A stretch of 64,000 nt of DNA, from the NCBI RefSeq assembly GCF_006345805.1, contig NC_043012.1:47554001-47618000 (forward strand). Direction: 5' to 3'. Of this stretch, positions 40,806-55,100 are shown piece by piece; position 1 is the first letter of the stretch; each line of letters starts with the position of its first letter. The position numbers and the translations under genes were made by a program. The notes below the pieces were generated by a model. The model had not been told where the DNA came from. It worked only from the letters and a program-made list of their open reading frames with translations, and searched no databases. This stretch comes from Octopus sinensis (lineage: Eukaryota).

Positions 40806-41559
40806 CGTGACCCACCATGAATGCAAACACGTGTCTTCTGCCTCGTCCTTCCGAAATCGACCTTCCACTAAGGTCTTTGGGGCTGATATAAAGAGATGGA
40901 CGAAGGCAGACACCAAAATACCCTTGTACACAAATTCACACACACCAAAAAGACAGGCAATCCGTAAATAAACACCCCGACCAACCGCTGCCCACACACC
41001 CTCACACAAATTGAACCCAACATAAACAAATGAACACACACAGTACTTTTACACACACTATACATTACACACCGTACACACTACACATTGCTCATCACAT
41101 TATATATCACATATTACATCATTTTACACTTTACATATTACACATTACACACCACACGGTAATATATATAAACAACTTTCTATCCTTTACACCCGCAACG
41201 AACACTGCCCCCTCAGAGAAACAACACAATTTTAATATAACCATGCCTCACTTCAAAATTTCATTTTGCCAACTAAATAGCAAACTTAACCAAGGAAGGT
41301 AAATCGTAATTGACTTCCCTAGAAATTATTTCATTCACCTTACACAGCAGACGCCGACCGTTCGTGCTCATTTCCACCTTCAACCGAGGAGAGCGGTAGC
41401 TATTACCTCTTCCTTGTCGGCTGTGTCTGGCGAGCGTATATTGTATAACTTGTTTGTTGCCTAAATTAGAGCGATTGATATCACCAATATGATGGAAAAT
41501 TAACACAACAAAATACAGACAATATATATATTCTGTTATAATTTATCGTTTTACTTCTA

Positions 41560-41750
41560 TCAGACATTTGAGTTCGGCCATTATGGAGCACCGCCTTGAA
41601 TGTCTTTTAGACAAACAAATCGAAATTAAAACTCATTTCTTAATGCTAGTATTTATTATAGCGTCTATTTTGCTGAATCGCTAAGTTACCGGGTCAAATA
41701 ATGCCGGTTATCAAACGATGATTGAAGGACAAACATAGACACAAAAACAT
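41560..41750 (-). mobile_element. SINE tail fragment (family of 28490)
   Basis: CATTATGGAGCACCGCCTTG..TTTGCTGAATCGCTAAGTTAC motifs. Confidence 0.5.
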
Positions 41751-41857
41751 ACACACACACATATATGTATGTATATATATATATTATTATTATATATGTG
41801 TGTGTGTGTATAATATATATATATATTATATATAAATATGTGTGTGTGTTTGTATAA

Positions 41858-41916
<59 letters not shown>

Positions 41917-42453
41917 GTGTATATATAATATAGATATAATATATATATATATATATTATATATATATATATATATGTATATATGTGTGTATATAAGTATA
42001 TATGTATATATGCGTGAAATGAAATTCTTCAAACTAATACACCTGCTTGTTGTTTATATACACCTGTCTTCGTATTTTGTTTTTCTATAAGATTCAACTA
42101 TATATATATATTCGCCTAAAATTCCTTCTGTAAACTCTTCCTGTGACATTAAGCGTGCTATTATTACACACACGCACACAGACCTGCGCGCACGAACATA
42201 CCCACAGATACACACAAATATCTTCTTCTCTTGCACTCTCCTGTCTTAGAAAGAACTTTTTCTTCACCCATTCCCTTCCGCTCATTTCAAAATGTAACCT
42301 CATGTGTATCGTTGGCGATTTTCTACCTCCGTCTTCCCTTCCTTTCCTCAGCGTCTGATAATACACTACTTGTACACTCCGCCCGCGTTACTCCTTTTTC
42401 CTGTTTGTCTTGTTTGTTTGGATTCACTATATATATATATATATATATATATC

Positions 42454-42485
<32 letters not shown>

Positions 42486-42696
42486 GATAAAGATAAGGTG
42501 TCATTGAGACCCAAAGGTGTCAGGTAATGCTGATTAAGTGCTATAAACAGACCATAGTTAAGTTGCAGATTCGGTAATATTGCGAATAAAGGGTTCAACA
42601 TTGGTTCGTTGTCAGCGTGTGTATTATATGAATTTTTTGCGTAATGAGATAAAGAAACCAAGGCTGTATAAATACTAGAGCATTTATAGATAGAAG

Positions 42697-42748
42697 GTCT
42701 TACAGCTGTTTCCAGGATATTAATTAATAATATCCTTTCATCGGAGAC
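42697..42748 (-). ncRNA. Type I hammerhead-like motif with CCGAUGA core
   Basis: GTCT-CCGATGA, stem II AGGATATTA/TAATATCCT, GAAAC-AGCT-GTA-AGAC; stem III is the palindrome ACAGCTGT. Confidence 0.6.
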
Positions 42749-42791
42749 GGTGTGAGAGGAAAAATTAAGTCATAGTTTTTCCTCTCCCACC

Positions 42792-42846
42792 GTCTCCGAT
42801 GAAGGGATATTATTATTAATTAATATTCTAGAAACAGCCGTAAGAC
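42792..42846 (+). ncRNA. Type I hammerhead-like motif with CCGAUGA core (mirror copy)
   Basis: GTCT-CCGATGA (42796)..GAAAC (42831)-AGCC-GTA-AGAC. Confidence 0.55.
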
Positions 42847-42908
42847 CTTCTATCTATAAATGCTCTAATATCTATACAGCCTTGGTTTCTTTATCTCATT
42901 ACACAAAA

Positions 42909-42944
<36 letters not shown>

Positions 42945-42946
<2 letters not shown>

Positions 42947-43130
42947 GGCTTAAGGAATAGAGGAGTTAAGATCCGAGCTATATATGATTCATAGCGAGCG
43001 GAATTTTGGAATTGATAAGAATCCAAGCGAGGTGCTTGCTGCGGGTTACTGTTCAGGCCAAGGATATCTTGATTAAATGAAAGTTTATATTTTTGCAAGG
43101 AGGTATTTTTTAACATATAGCGTACTTCGA
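42945..43130 (-). mobile_element. PLE endonuclease C-terminus and 3' UTR remnant
   Basis: Minus ORF contains LQKYKLSFN, resembling the KYKPxLN end of PLE GIY-YIG domains seen at 19115. Confidence 0.35.
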
Positions 43131-43458
43131 AATGAAAATAAGTCCAAAACCTTCCGTTTTAATAAACCACTATTTCCCTAACGTTGTTTTTTTTATATTT
43201 ACTAGAATCTGTTACAAGCTGACTTTCTTTGTACTCCTTGATCCATTAATGTATATATATATATATCTATATATATATATATTATGTGTGTGTTTGTGTG
43301 TGTGTGTGTGTGGTGTGTTGTGTGTGTGTGTGTGTGGTGTGTGTGTGTGTCTGTGTGTCTGTGTGTCTGTGTGTCTGTGTGTATTTGTGTGTGTATGTGT
43401 GTGTGCGTGTGTGTGTATGTATTACGTATGTTTGCAAATATTGACATATGTGTATATA

Positions 43459-43497
<39 letters not shown>

Positions 43498-43549
43498 ATA
43501 TATATACATACATACATATATATATATATATGCATATACATATATATAA

Positions 43550-43588
<39 letters not shown>

Positions 43589-43899
43589 AGCGTGTGTATT
43601 TGTGTATGCAAGTACCTCTTTCTATAACTAGCAATTAATGCATCTAAGGCACTATAAAGAGGGAGACGGAAGAGAGACAATGTATTGCAAAACAGAGAAT
43701 TAGATGTCAACATGATACTGACGAATCAAGCATTAGGTAACAGGTTGGTTATTGTCACTTTCACAATCATAATTTCCGAGATCACTTAACTCTTCAATGG
43801 CCTAAACCAATATTTCCGAATCTTTTGTCACACGTCTTTCTACGATTTTCCTAGGATATGCGCGCCAACCACGAATACAGAAAGTAAATATTTAGCATT

Positions 43900-44060
43900 C
43901 ATATCTGTCTGTCTGTCTGTCTGTCTGTCTCTTCTCTCTCTCTCTCTCTATCTATCTAATCTATCTATTCTATCTATCTATCTATCCTATCTATCTACTA
44001 TCTATCTATCTATCTATTACATTACATATCTTATTATATAATATATACTATATATATATA
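43900..44060. repeat. (TCTG)n/(TC)n/(TCTA)n/(TA)n compound microsatellite
   Basis: Direct inspection. Confidence 0.9.
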
Positions 44061-44141
44061 TATATATTATATGGTAGGTCCCGGTTGATTCGGGGTTAAC
44101 CACAGTAAATAAGGTACTCAATACATAGCAGAGTAAAATTA

Positions 44142-44435
44142 ATTTATTATATAGAAAGAGCTTCTACGGACTAGAACCTGTTTCATTCAAGAGAAATCAT
44201 CAGGAGCTAGTTAACAAGAATTGTATTGGCATTTATACATTTAGGCAGGTTTAAAGGGTGTTGGTGGTGGACTTTTGGGGGTAGTCATAGGCGCAAAATC
44301 ATACTTGGGGGAGTGGTCAAGAGTCAGTGTTAAATTAGATAGGAGAATAAACAAATAAAAAAAAAATAAAAATAAAAATAAAAAAATAAAAATATATAAA
44401 AAAATATAAAAAATAAAAATAAAAATAAAAAAATA

Positions 44436-44470
<35 letters not shown>

Positions 44471-45345
44471 TATATATATATAATATATATATAAAGGGGG
44501 AATAGAGTTTTAGGTAAATAAGGAGATTCTCACTTATACCTCTACACATACACACATATATACACTCACACATACATATACATATCTACACTACACATAT
44601 ATATGTATACATACACACAACTCACTTGCATACACGTATACACACATGTATATATACACACACGACCACACATACATATACACACAGAAAAAATATATAT
44701 ATATACACATAACACACATAACTCACATACAAGCACACACACACAATCCATACACACACATGCACACACAGCACACTAGTCCCTATATACACATATATAC
44801 ACATACACACATATATATACACCCACACATACACATACATAGACATATATATACATACATACACATACACATACATATATATTACATACACATATATATA
44901 TATATATATACACCCATATATATACATATGTGTACCCATGCATACCTACACATACACACATATATAATATATACATATACAATACAGACCCATTCCCTAA
45001 TTTTAATTTTATTATCTTCGTTTATTACTTTTGTTATCTTTGGCCGCTGTCACAAACATCTTGGCTATGACAGCCAGACCATTTATCCGTCTACTGGAAA
45101 ACAATTACTCATTCACTCACGCACACTCATAAGCACGTACACTCACTCATTCGTACACTCATACGCATACACGCACGCACGCGTTATATTCATACATACG
45201 TACATCTACATACATTCACGTATATACACATACGTACGCGTACTACAGATTCATGTCTACCTCTTAGAGGCTAGTCTATACATATACACCAATAAATATA
45301 AATACACACACATACATGTACACCTACATACAAATAATACCATGT

Positions 45346-45393
<48 letters not shown>

Positions 45394-45500
45394 GCGTACC
45401 TACAGATTCATGTCTACACTCTTAGAAGGCTAGTCTATACATATACACCAATGAATATAAATACACACACATACATGTACACCTACATACAATACATACA

Positions 45501-45537
<37 letters not shown>

Positions 45538-45759
45538 ATATATATATATCTATATTATATAATATATATATATTATATATATATATATATATACTATATA
45601 TTCATACTAACATGCATACTCAAAAATAAGTAAATAGTAAATATATACACGCAGTTATTCATACATGCATACTCAAAAAATAATATTAAGTATATGTACG
45701 TGCAGTTACCTATTATATAGACGGATACATCCTATAATAAACTTACACACATAGATATA

Positions 45760-45793
<34 letters not shown>

Positions 45794-45863
45794 CATATAT
45801 ACACACATATATAATAATAATAAATATATACATACACCTACATATACACATACACACATACTA

Positions 45864-45898
<35 letters not shown>

Positions 45899-46751
45899 CA
45901 CCACACACCCATATATATACCTATATACACACACACATATATAAATATAAATATATACATACACACATACACCTACATATACACATACACACATACATAC
46001 ATATATATATATATATATAGATATATATATATATATATATTACATACACACCACACCACATACACATACATATACATACATACATACATATATATACATA
46101 CTTACACATGTACATATAAATACACACAAGATAACTCTACGTACCTACACATACATACAAACACACGAGCGTACGCGCATATGTACATATACATATACCC
46201 ATGCACACCATATATATACATACATACATACACATACACACATGTATACACACACCCTACACATCACTATATATACATACACATATACATACACATACAT
46301 ATATATATATATATGTATACATATATACATATATAATATATATATATATATACACACATATACATACACACACACATACACACACATATATGTTTGCACA
46401 CATGTGTATATATATGTGTGTGTATGTGTGTGTGTACGTATATGTGTGTGGTATATATATATATAAATATTATATGTATATATGTATACATATATATATA
46501 TATTGTGTATGTATATGTGTATGTATATATATGTGTATGTGAGTGTGTGTGTATACATGTGTGTATGTTATGTATGTATGTATATATATGCGTGTGCATG
46601 GGTATATGTATATGTACATATGCGCGTACGCTCGTGTGTTTATGTATGTGTAGGTACGTAGAGTTATCTTTGTGTGTATTTATATGTACATGTGTAAGTA
46701 TGTATATAATGTATGTATGTGTATGTATATGTATGTGTATGTGTGTGTGTG

Positions 46752-46793
<42 letters not shown>

Positions 46794-47189
46794 GTGTATG
46801 TGTATATGTAGGTGTATGTGTGTATGTATATATTTATATTTTATATGTGTGTGTGTATATATGTATATATATGGTGTGTGTGTATATATATATATATATA
46901 ATATATATATATGTATGTATTGTGTATGTGTATATGTAGGTGTATGTGTGTATGTATATATTTATATTTATATATTATGTGTGTATATATTTATATATAT
47001 ATATATGTATATATATATAATATATATATATCTATGTGTGTAAGTTTATTATATGTATGTATCCGTCTATATAATAGGTAACTGCACGTACATATACTTA
47101 ATATTTATTTTTATGAGTATGCATGTATGAATAACTGCGTGTATATATATTTACTATTTACTTATTTTTTGAGTATGCATGTTAGTATG

Positions 47190-47250
<61 letters not shown>

Positions 47251-47364
47251 GATACATGTATGTATTTGTATTAGGTGTACATGTATGTGTGTGTATTTAT
47301 ATTTATTGGTGTATATGTATAGACTAGCCTTCTAAGAGTGTAGACATGAATCTGTAGGTACGCG

Positions 47365-47396
<32 letters not shown>

Positions 47397-48261
47397 ATAT
47401 ATATATGTGTGTACATGTATGTATTTGTATGGTAGGTGTACATGTATGTGTGTGTATTTATATTTATTGGTGTATATGTATAGACTAGCCTTCTAAGAGT
47501 GTAGACATGAATCTGTAGGTACGCGTACGTATGTGTATATACGTGAATGTATGTAGATGTACGTATGTATGATATAACGCGTGCGTGCGTGTATGCGTAT
47601 GAGTGTACGATGAGTGAGTGTACGTGCTAATGAGTGTGCGTGAGTGAATGAGTAATTGTTTTCCAGTAGACGGATAAATGGTCTGGCTGTCATAGCCAAG
47701 ATGTTTGTGACCAAGCGGCCAAAGATAACAAAGTAATAAACGAAGATAATAAAATTAAAATTAGGGAATGGGGTCTGTATTTGTATATGTATATATATAT
47801 AATGTGTGTATGTGTAGGTATGCATGGGTACACATATTTATATATATGTGTATATATATATATTATATGTGTATGTATATATATATGTATGTGTATTGTA
47901 TGTATGTATTATATGTCTATGTATGTGTATGTGTGGGTGTATATATATGTGTGTATGTGTATATATGTGTATATAGGGACTAGTGTGCTGTGCTGTGCAT
48001 GTGTGTGTATGGATTTGTGTGTGTATGCTTGTATGTGAGTATGTGTGTGTAGGTGTATATATTCTATATTTTTCTGTGTGTATATGTATGTGTGGTCGTG
48101 TGTGTATATAACATGTGTGTATACGTGTATGCAAGTGATGTGGTGTATGTATACATATATATGTGTATGTGTAGATATGTATATGTATGTGTGAATGTAT
48201 ATGTGTGTATGTGTAGAGTATAAGTGAGAATCTCCTTATTTACCTAAAACTCTATTCCCCC

Positions 48262-48301
<40 letters not shown>

Positions 48302-48600
48302 TTTTTTTTTTATTTTTATTTTTTTTATTTTTTTATATATTTTTTTATTTTTTATTTTTTATTTTTTATTTTTTATTTTTTATTTTTTATTTATTTCCTA
48401 TCTAATTTAACACTGACTCCTGACCACCCCCCAAGTATGAATTTTTGCGCCTATGCCTACCCCCAAAAAGTCCCCCACCAACACCCCTTTAAACCTGCCT
48501 AAATGTATAAATCCAATACAATTCTTGTTAACTAGCTCCTGAAGATTTCTCTTGAATGAAACAGTGCTAGTCCTGTAGAAGCTCCTTCTATATAATAAAT
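44142..48600. repeat. ~4.46-kb palindrome (arms ~44142-46391 and ~46408-48600)
   Basis: Unique anchors are mirrored: 44150-44340/48395-48600, 44495-44545/48215-48262, 44985-45340/47440-47780, 45600-45750/47035-47190 and 46110-46200/46590-46690. Outer ends are pLTR-like. Confidence 0.9.
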
Positions 48601-48632
<32 letters not shown>

Positions 48633-49274
48633 AATAGTTGTGCGTGTGGTGTGCACACATAAATTTATATATATATATATATATAAAGTTTTGGGAGGCC
48701 TTGTGATATATACTCTAAATAGAAATTAATCTATAATGTGAGCATCCATATATCCAAAAACGGCGAAATGCGGTGTGTGGTGTTCTTTCTGGGACGAATT
48801 CAATTCAACTTGCTCTGTAGTGTATAATACGTCGTTAAATGGAGATTATCCGGACGAAACATAGCAGTTTCTGGCGTTTAAATAATCAGTAGGGCTACCC
48901 GGTTTTGATACCTGGCATGATGGCGGTGTTATTTTTAATGAAGTTTACGCAGCATGGCCACAGTACTTGGGTGAAACCTATAAAATTATTTATATAAAGT
49001 TTCAACTAAAGCATTATTGCAATGTTCATTCGCTTATTTTGAAGTATCATAGTAATATGCAACTTAACACAAAATATTAGCAAGTTGAAACATATGGAGT
49101 GCCTTGAGAGGCACTAATTTAAAGAGAAACTTCAAAATTTACTTTTCCGTTTTATTATTTCTGCTTTATTTTAGATTGGATTGTAAATATAAAACAACCC
49201 CCATCCTAAATATAACAGTAAGAATGGAAACTCCAGTAGTCCTGAGACTCGCCGGAAAATAAGCTATGCCCAAT

Positions 49275-49347
49275 GGCAATGGCGTAGTGGTTAACAGCAC
49301 GGGCTACTAACCCCAAGATTCCGAGTTCGATTCCAAGCAGTAACCTA

Positions 49348-49405
<58 letters not shown>

Positions 49406-51460
49406 GTAATAATAATAGTAATAATAATAATAATTGCCACTTATATGGATGTTATTGACTTGAATACTCGCAGAGTCAATGTACGAGCATCTAGAAAAAA
49501 ATGGAGTCCTGCCACATGAGCAGAAGGGTGAGAAGCGTAAGTGTTGAGGTACCAAGGATCAACTCCTGATAGATAAAACTGTCCTCAGAGACTGCAAGAG
49601 GAGAAAAAGTAACTTAGCCATGTCATGGATTGACTATCGTAAGGCGTACGATATGATCCCGCCTTCTTGGATTGGATTATGGAGTGTATGAACCTGTTAT
49701 GGATTGCATCGAATGTTGAGCGATTGCTTGGAAAAAGTATGGCGAATTGGCGGACGGACATGACAGCATACGGAAGAAGTTTAGGGAGAGTAGAAATTAG
49801 GAGGGCCATCTTCCAAGGGGACTGCCTGTCCCTGCAGATCTTTGTGCTGTGCTTGATATCACTGATTCTGATTCTGAGGAAAGCAAAAGCTGGTTAGGTA
49901 TGCAAAAGCTGCCAACAAAATGTCAACCATTTGTTATTCATAGATGACCTCAAGCTTTAAGGTAAAGATGAAGCCCAAGTCAGTTCCCTCATTGATACGG
50001 TATATGCCTTCAGTGCTGATATCAGAATGAAGCTCGTTCTCAGAAAGTATGATGTGTTAGTATTGAAGAAAGGCAAAATCAAATGTATGGAGAGACTAAC
50101 GATACCATCGGGGGAGGTTATGTAGCAGATAGAAGAGACGTGCTATATATACTTGGAGATTTTGGAAATGGTTAAATTGATGGAGAAAGAAATGACAGAA
50201 AAAATTAAGATGGAGTACTTGCGCAGACTGAGACTGATCCTTAAGTCGAAATTAAACGGACGGAATAAGATGGAATCTATCAACACCAGGGTGGTTTTGC
50301 TTCTTAGATATGGAGCAGGAGAAATAGTATGGACAATAGATGAACTAAACAGCTTAGATAGAAAGACAAGGAAGTTGCTAACTAGACATGGGTCATTCCA
50401 CCCAAAAAGTGACACAAACAGACTGTATGTACCGAGAAAAAGAGCGGGAGAGGACTTATTGGATGCGAACACAGCATTAGAGCAGAAGAAAACAACATAG
50501 CATGGTATGTAAAAAATGCCACAGAATCGCTATTACTAGAAGAAGGTCAGGCTTGTGTACGATGAATGATAGCGAAGATAAAGCAATATAAAAGAAATTG
50601 AAAACGAATGAAACTGAAAGTAGGTGGGTAAAGAAAAGAATTTATGGTCAATTGTATAGGGATGTTGAAGATAAGACAGACAGAGAAAAAAGATGGCTCT
50701 GGATGTGATTTAAAACCGGAAACGGAGGCTCTAATCTGTGCTGTCCAAGTACAAGCACTAAGAACAAACTACATAAAATACCGAATAGACAGCACATCAG
50801 AAAGTGATAAGTGCAGAGATCAGTGAAACCATATGGCATATTACCGGCCAATATACGGCATTAGCCCAGAAGGAATATAAGAGACGTCACGACAATATAG
50901 CCAGATTTGTCCATTGGACTCTTTGTAACATGTATGGACATCACAGAGCAAAAAATTTCTTACGGCCACAAACCTGAAAACATTGACGAAAATAGAAAAG
51001 CAAAGATCCTACGAGAATTTATGATTCAGTGCGACCATGAGATTGAGAATAGGAAGTCGGACATTGATAAAGAAAACAAACTATGCTGGGTCATAGATGT
51101 AGTATGTCCAGCTGACAACAAGGTATGCAATAAGAAAAAAAGAAAAGTCGATAGGTATGACAGGTTAGCTTGGGAAGTTAAGCAGTTGTGTTCGATGAAA
51201 AACGTAGCAGTAGTACCAATAATTGGTGGAGCCCTGGGACCAATGAGCAAAAATCTCGAGAAGTACTTGGGAAAAAAATGGGCTGCAATAAGGGTGGAAC
51301 ACTTGCAGAAAACAACACTGCTTAGAACCGCTTGAATACTCCGGAAGGTGCTCAAAAATAAGAGGTGTTACCTTATTTCACTGGTAGTGAACAGCTGACA
51401 CTGTAGTACATCTCCAGTGTTAGAAGGTGTGCAGAGGCAATAAATAATAATAATAATAAC

Positions 51461-51510
<50 letters not shown>

Positions 51511-51626
51511 TAACAATAACAACAATAATAATAATAATAATGATAATAATAACAATAACAATAATAATAATAATAATAACAACAACAATAATAATAACAA
51601 TAACAATAATAATAATAATAATAATA

Positions 51627-51664
<38 letters not shown>

Positions 51665-51770
51665 TCGAAAAATACCTTAGGAATGAGAACCCAGGAGGGC
51701 ATATCAGCCGAAACGTTGTGTAGACATCAAAGAAGATGAGGACAAATATCCGTCAAATGTAAATAATGTA
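49275..51770 (+). mobile_element. Second copy of the AAT-linker SINE, split by a LINE (head 49275-49347, tail 51661-51770)
   Basis: Head and tail align with 9591-9830. The tail has an internal deletion that removes the CTGAnGA core but keeps CAGCCGAAACGTTGTGT. Confidence 0.85.
49435..51440 (+). mobile_element. 5'-truncated R4/Dong-clade retrotransposon (RT plus RLE), inserted in (TAA)n
   Basis: [72 protein letters not shown] and RLE ..VIDVVCPAD..RYDRLAWEVKQL. AAT arrays lie at 49348-49434 and 51441-51660. Confidence 0.9.
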
Positions 51771-52024
51771 AGTAAAGTACATAATTTCTCTTCTCTTTTA
51801 TATATATACTGCACTATATTTCTTGTTCTTCCAGCTATCTAACAGTACACGCTAAATACACATACATTTGCGCATATGGTATATATATACAGTGTGCATG
51901 TTTATTTACTTTATCGTATACCTCTTTCAGTCATTGAATTTCGGCATTCCTGGCGCATCCCATTCAAAGGTCTAGTCAAAATAAATCGTCTCCCGTATAT
52001 ATATATATATATATATATAATATA

Positions 52025-52069
<45 letters not shown>

Positions 52070-52082
52070 GGTTAGAGTTTGA

Positions 52083-52460
52083 ATACTTATTCCATCTTTC
52101 GCTTTTGCCGAACCGCCGGATTACATGGACTTAAAACACCACAACACCGGTTGACAAGCAGTGGTGGGAACAAGCACAAACATAGACACAGATAGAAAAT
52201 CATGTGCATGTGTGTACATATATGTATGTGCATGTATATGTATATACGCATACGTGTATTTATGAATGCATATATGTATTATATATATATATATACGACC
52301 AGCTTCTTTCAGTTTCCAACTGACAAATACAATCAGAAGGCTGTGGTAGGCCCCTTGGCGATACCAGAAGTCACATGACTGAAACGTCATGTTGTGTGTA
52401 TGAACACGGAACCTTGTTGCTGCAAAGCAAACTTCTTTCTACTCAGTCACGACTGCGCCT
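52083..52460 (-). mobile_element. Decayed SINE (family of 28490-28920)
   Basis: TTTTGCCGAACCGC..CTTCTTTCAGTTTCC..ACTCAGTCACGACTGCGCCT. Confidence 0.7.
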
Positions 52461-52894
52461 GCATGCGCATTACTCAAAATTATGTAAGTACTGATGCAAA
52501 TTATTTTTATCTTAAAATGTATCTCAAAAGTAAATATGGTTGACAAGGGCAGAGGAAAGAACTAGGAAATAATTATTGATAAGAAATAATGATAGATATT
52601 ATTCATAGGGTGAAATATTTTACCCGATGCTGGCTATGTTTAATGTTATGAAAACTCGTCGGTCAAACATTATTTCGATATTACTATTACAAGCTCGTGA
52701 TCACAGAGGCACAAACATCAGTGTATAGTATGATTAAGTTAAAATTCCGAGTATCTATGTAAGCTGATGCAACGTAAAGTACGCGGTCTTTTGATCATCT
52801 TAAATTTAATAGAACCTAAATCTTTCCATAACTCAGTCGATTTGCTTGTGTATTTCAGAGAGAAAGTGAGACCAAGCTAGTGATAGCTAGTGAA

Positions 52895-52944
52895 ACAGAC
52901 AGACAGACAGATAGATAGATAGATAGACAGACAGACGGACATAG

Positions 52945-53003
<59 letters not shown>

Positions 53004-53034
53004 GATAAACAGACAGACAGTCAGAGAGACGGAC

Positions 53035-53068
<34 letters not shown>

Positions 53069-53070
53069 GA

Positions 53071-53103
<33 letters not shown>

Positions 53104-53105
53104 CA
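52895..53105. repeat. (GACA)n/(GATA)n microsatellite
   Basis: Direct inspection. Confidence 0.95.
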
Positions 53106-53655
53106 GAGAAGAGATATCGACTGTATATAGAGAGACAGAGCCAAGGAGAGAGATGGCAGGGTAATAACTGTTCTGTTTCTATTACTTTTGCCAATCTTTT
53201 GCCAACGATATCCGTTTTCAATTTGTTCTTTTAGAATGGCTTATTCGCGGTTCGTTTTAATTATCATTGACTTCAGAAAGGATAACGCCAATATCGATGG
53301 ATCTGCTTGTCTGTAAACCACCAAATACATACAAAGAAAAGAAAACTATTCTCCAACTAGACACTAATATATAACAAGGGCATGCATGATATACCCTTAG
53401 GCATGAATCTCCTTCCATAATGGAATTGATCAGAAAAGGGAGTCAAGCTTTCTTATGTCTAAGACTAAAAAATCGGAAAATGAAGACTAGGCTCGTCTCC
53501 CCACTGGTTAAAACCATTCGAGAAATATTTTTGCGTTCGTTAATATTAATATAGTATTCCCAAACGCACCCAACACATACATACATATATGTATATATGC
53601 ATACGTATACTTAATTGTATGTATGTGTGCATGTATATGTATATATATATAAATG

Positions 53656-53702
<47 letters not shown>

Positions 53703-54739
53703 AATATATATATATATGTGTGTATATATATATATATACATATATCCACAGACATATATATACACTCATACACAAATGCATACATACACACAGAGTCACG
53801 CAAACATGATATATACACGTATATGTATACAGCTGTTCAAGTGTGCGTTTGTGAGCGAATGAGTTATCGATATTTCGGATACTCAAGCGCTTCCATGTAA
53901 TGGGATTCTTCATTCTAACTGCCATTCTACCCATATTTGCTCTATTTTACTTTAATGTCTGTTGATCTATATCGAGAGAGGAAACTTACGTGGGTGTAGG
54001 CTGCACATTTGTATTGATCGAATCGACATATAAATGCATCACCAGACATGCTTACGTAACTTACAAATTTATGCTTTTGCGTCTCTGTTGTTCATGCATG
54101 TGCATGTGATGTGTGTCTGCATGCAGACACACACATATACACACGCACACACGTAGAGACACACACTGACAAACACGCACAAATACACAGGCACACGCAC
54201 AAACATACTCATCGCGCATCCACACGCATATACGCATCAGTTTTGTTTTCTTTTTGTATTATACATATACAGGCATTCCTGTAAAAATAAGAACAAATAT
54301 AAAAATTAAATCTCCGCTTCTCTGTAACTAACTCTCTTGTGAGTATATACAAGCTTTACCTCACTTTCTGCTCCTTCACTCTTTTGTTCGCCTTTCTTTG
54401 GCCTTTCTGTATGTTTGCCGTTCTTCCACACCACCACCACCACCACCTTCACTCTCCCTTGCTTCTGCGCAGTCGCTTTTCGTTTCTCTGTTCTAAATGC
54501 CTTACTATTTCTCTGAAATAGGGAAGAGATGGACAGAGAGAATCTTAGTAGTAGAATGAAGGAAAGCAGCGTAGATAGTATAGGGTTTGTGAATTTCAGA
54601 TTGATAAAGAGAAAGTGAGAAGACATTGCTATGTAAAGAAACAAATGTTTCTTTCTCCTTCTACTTCAGTCACATGCAGATATTTTTGCGTAACGTAGAA
54701 CATTTCTATCTGTATACTGTCACTTATTTATACGTACTC

Positions 54740-54799
54740 CATACATACATACATACATACATACATACATACATACATACATACATACATACATTCATA

Positions 54800-54860
<61 letters not shown>

Positions 54861-55100
54861 AATGCATATGTATATAATATATATATGTAAATATATATGT
54901 ATGTATATATATATATGCATATGTATATATCTATATATATATATACATCTTTATATAATTATATATATATATATATCTATATATATATATATATATATAT
55001 AAGAGAGAGGAGAGAGAGAGAGAGAGAGAGATAGATAGACATACATACATGCATATATGTATATGTATATATATGAATATATGTATGTATACATGCATGT
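54740..55100. repeat. (CATA)n/(TA)n/(GA)n tract
   Basis: Direct inspection. Confidence 0.9.

Larger units (their letters stand above)
42490..42912. mobile_element. Fold-back PLE-type pLTR pair (arms 42631-42764 and 42776-42912)
   Basis: ~135-bp inverted arms with an 11-nt loop, a hammerhead motif in each arm, and (TA)n on both sides. Confidence 0.75.

Noticed and set aside
51373-51702. Poly-Leu/Tyr ORFs (also 22737, 49307 and 57083)
   Set aside because: Trinucleotide microsatellite translations.
53986-54050. Minus-strand MSGDAFICRFDQYKCAAYTH|GTAAGT
   Set aside because: Good donor, but no supporting acceptor, promoter context or homology.
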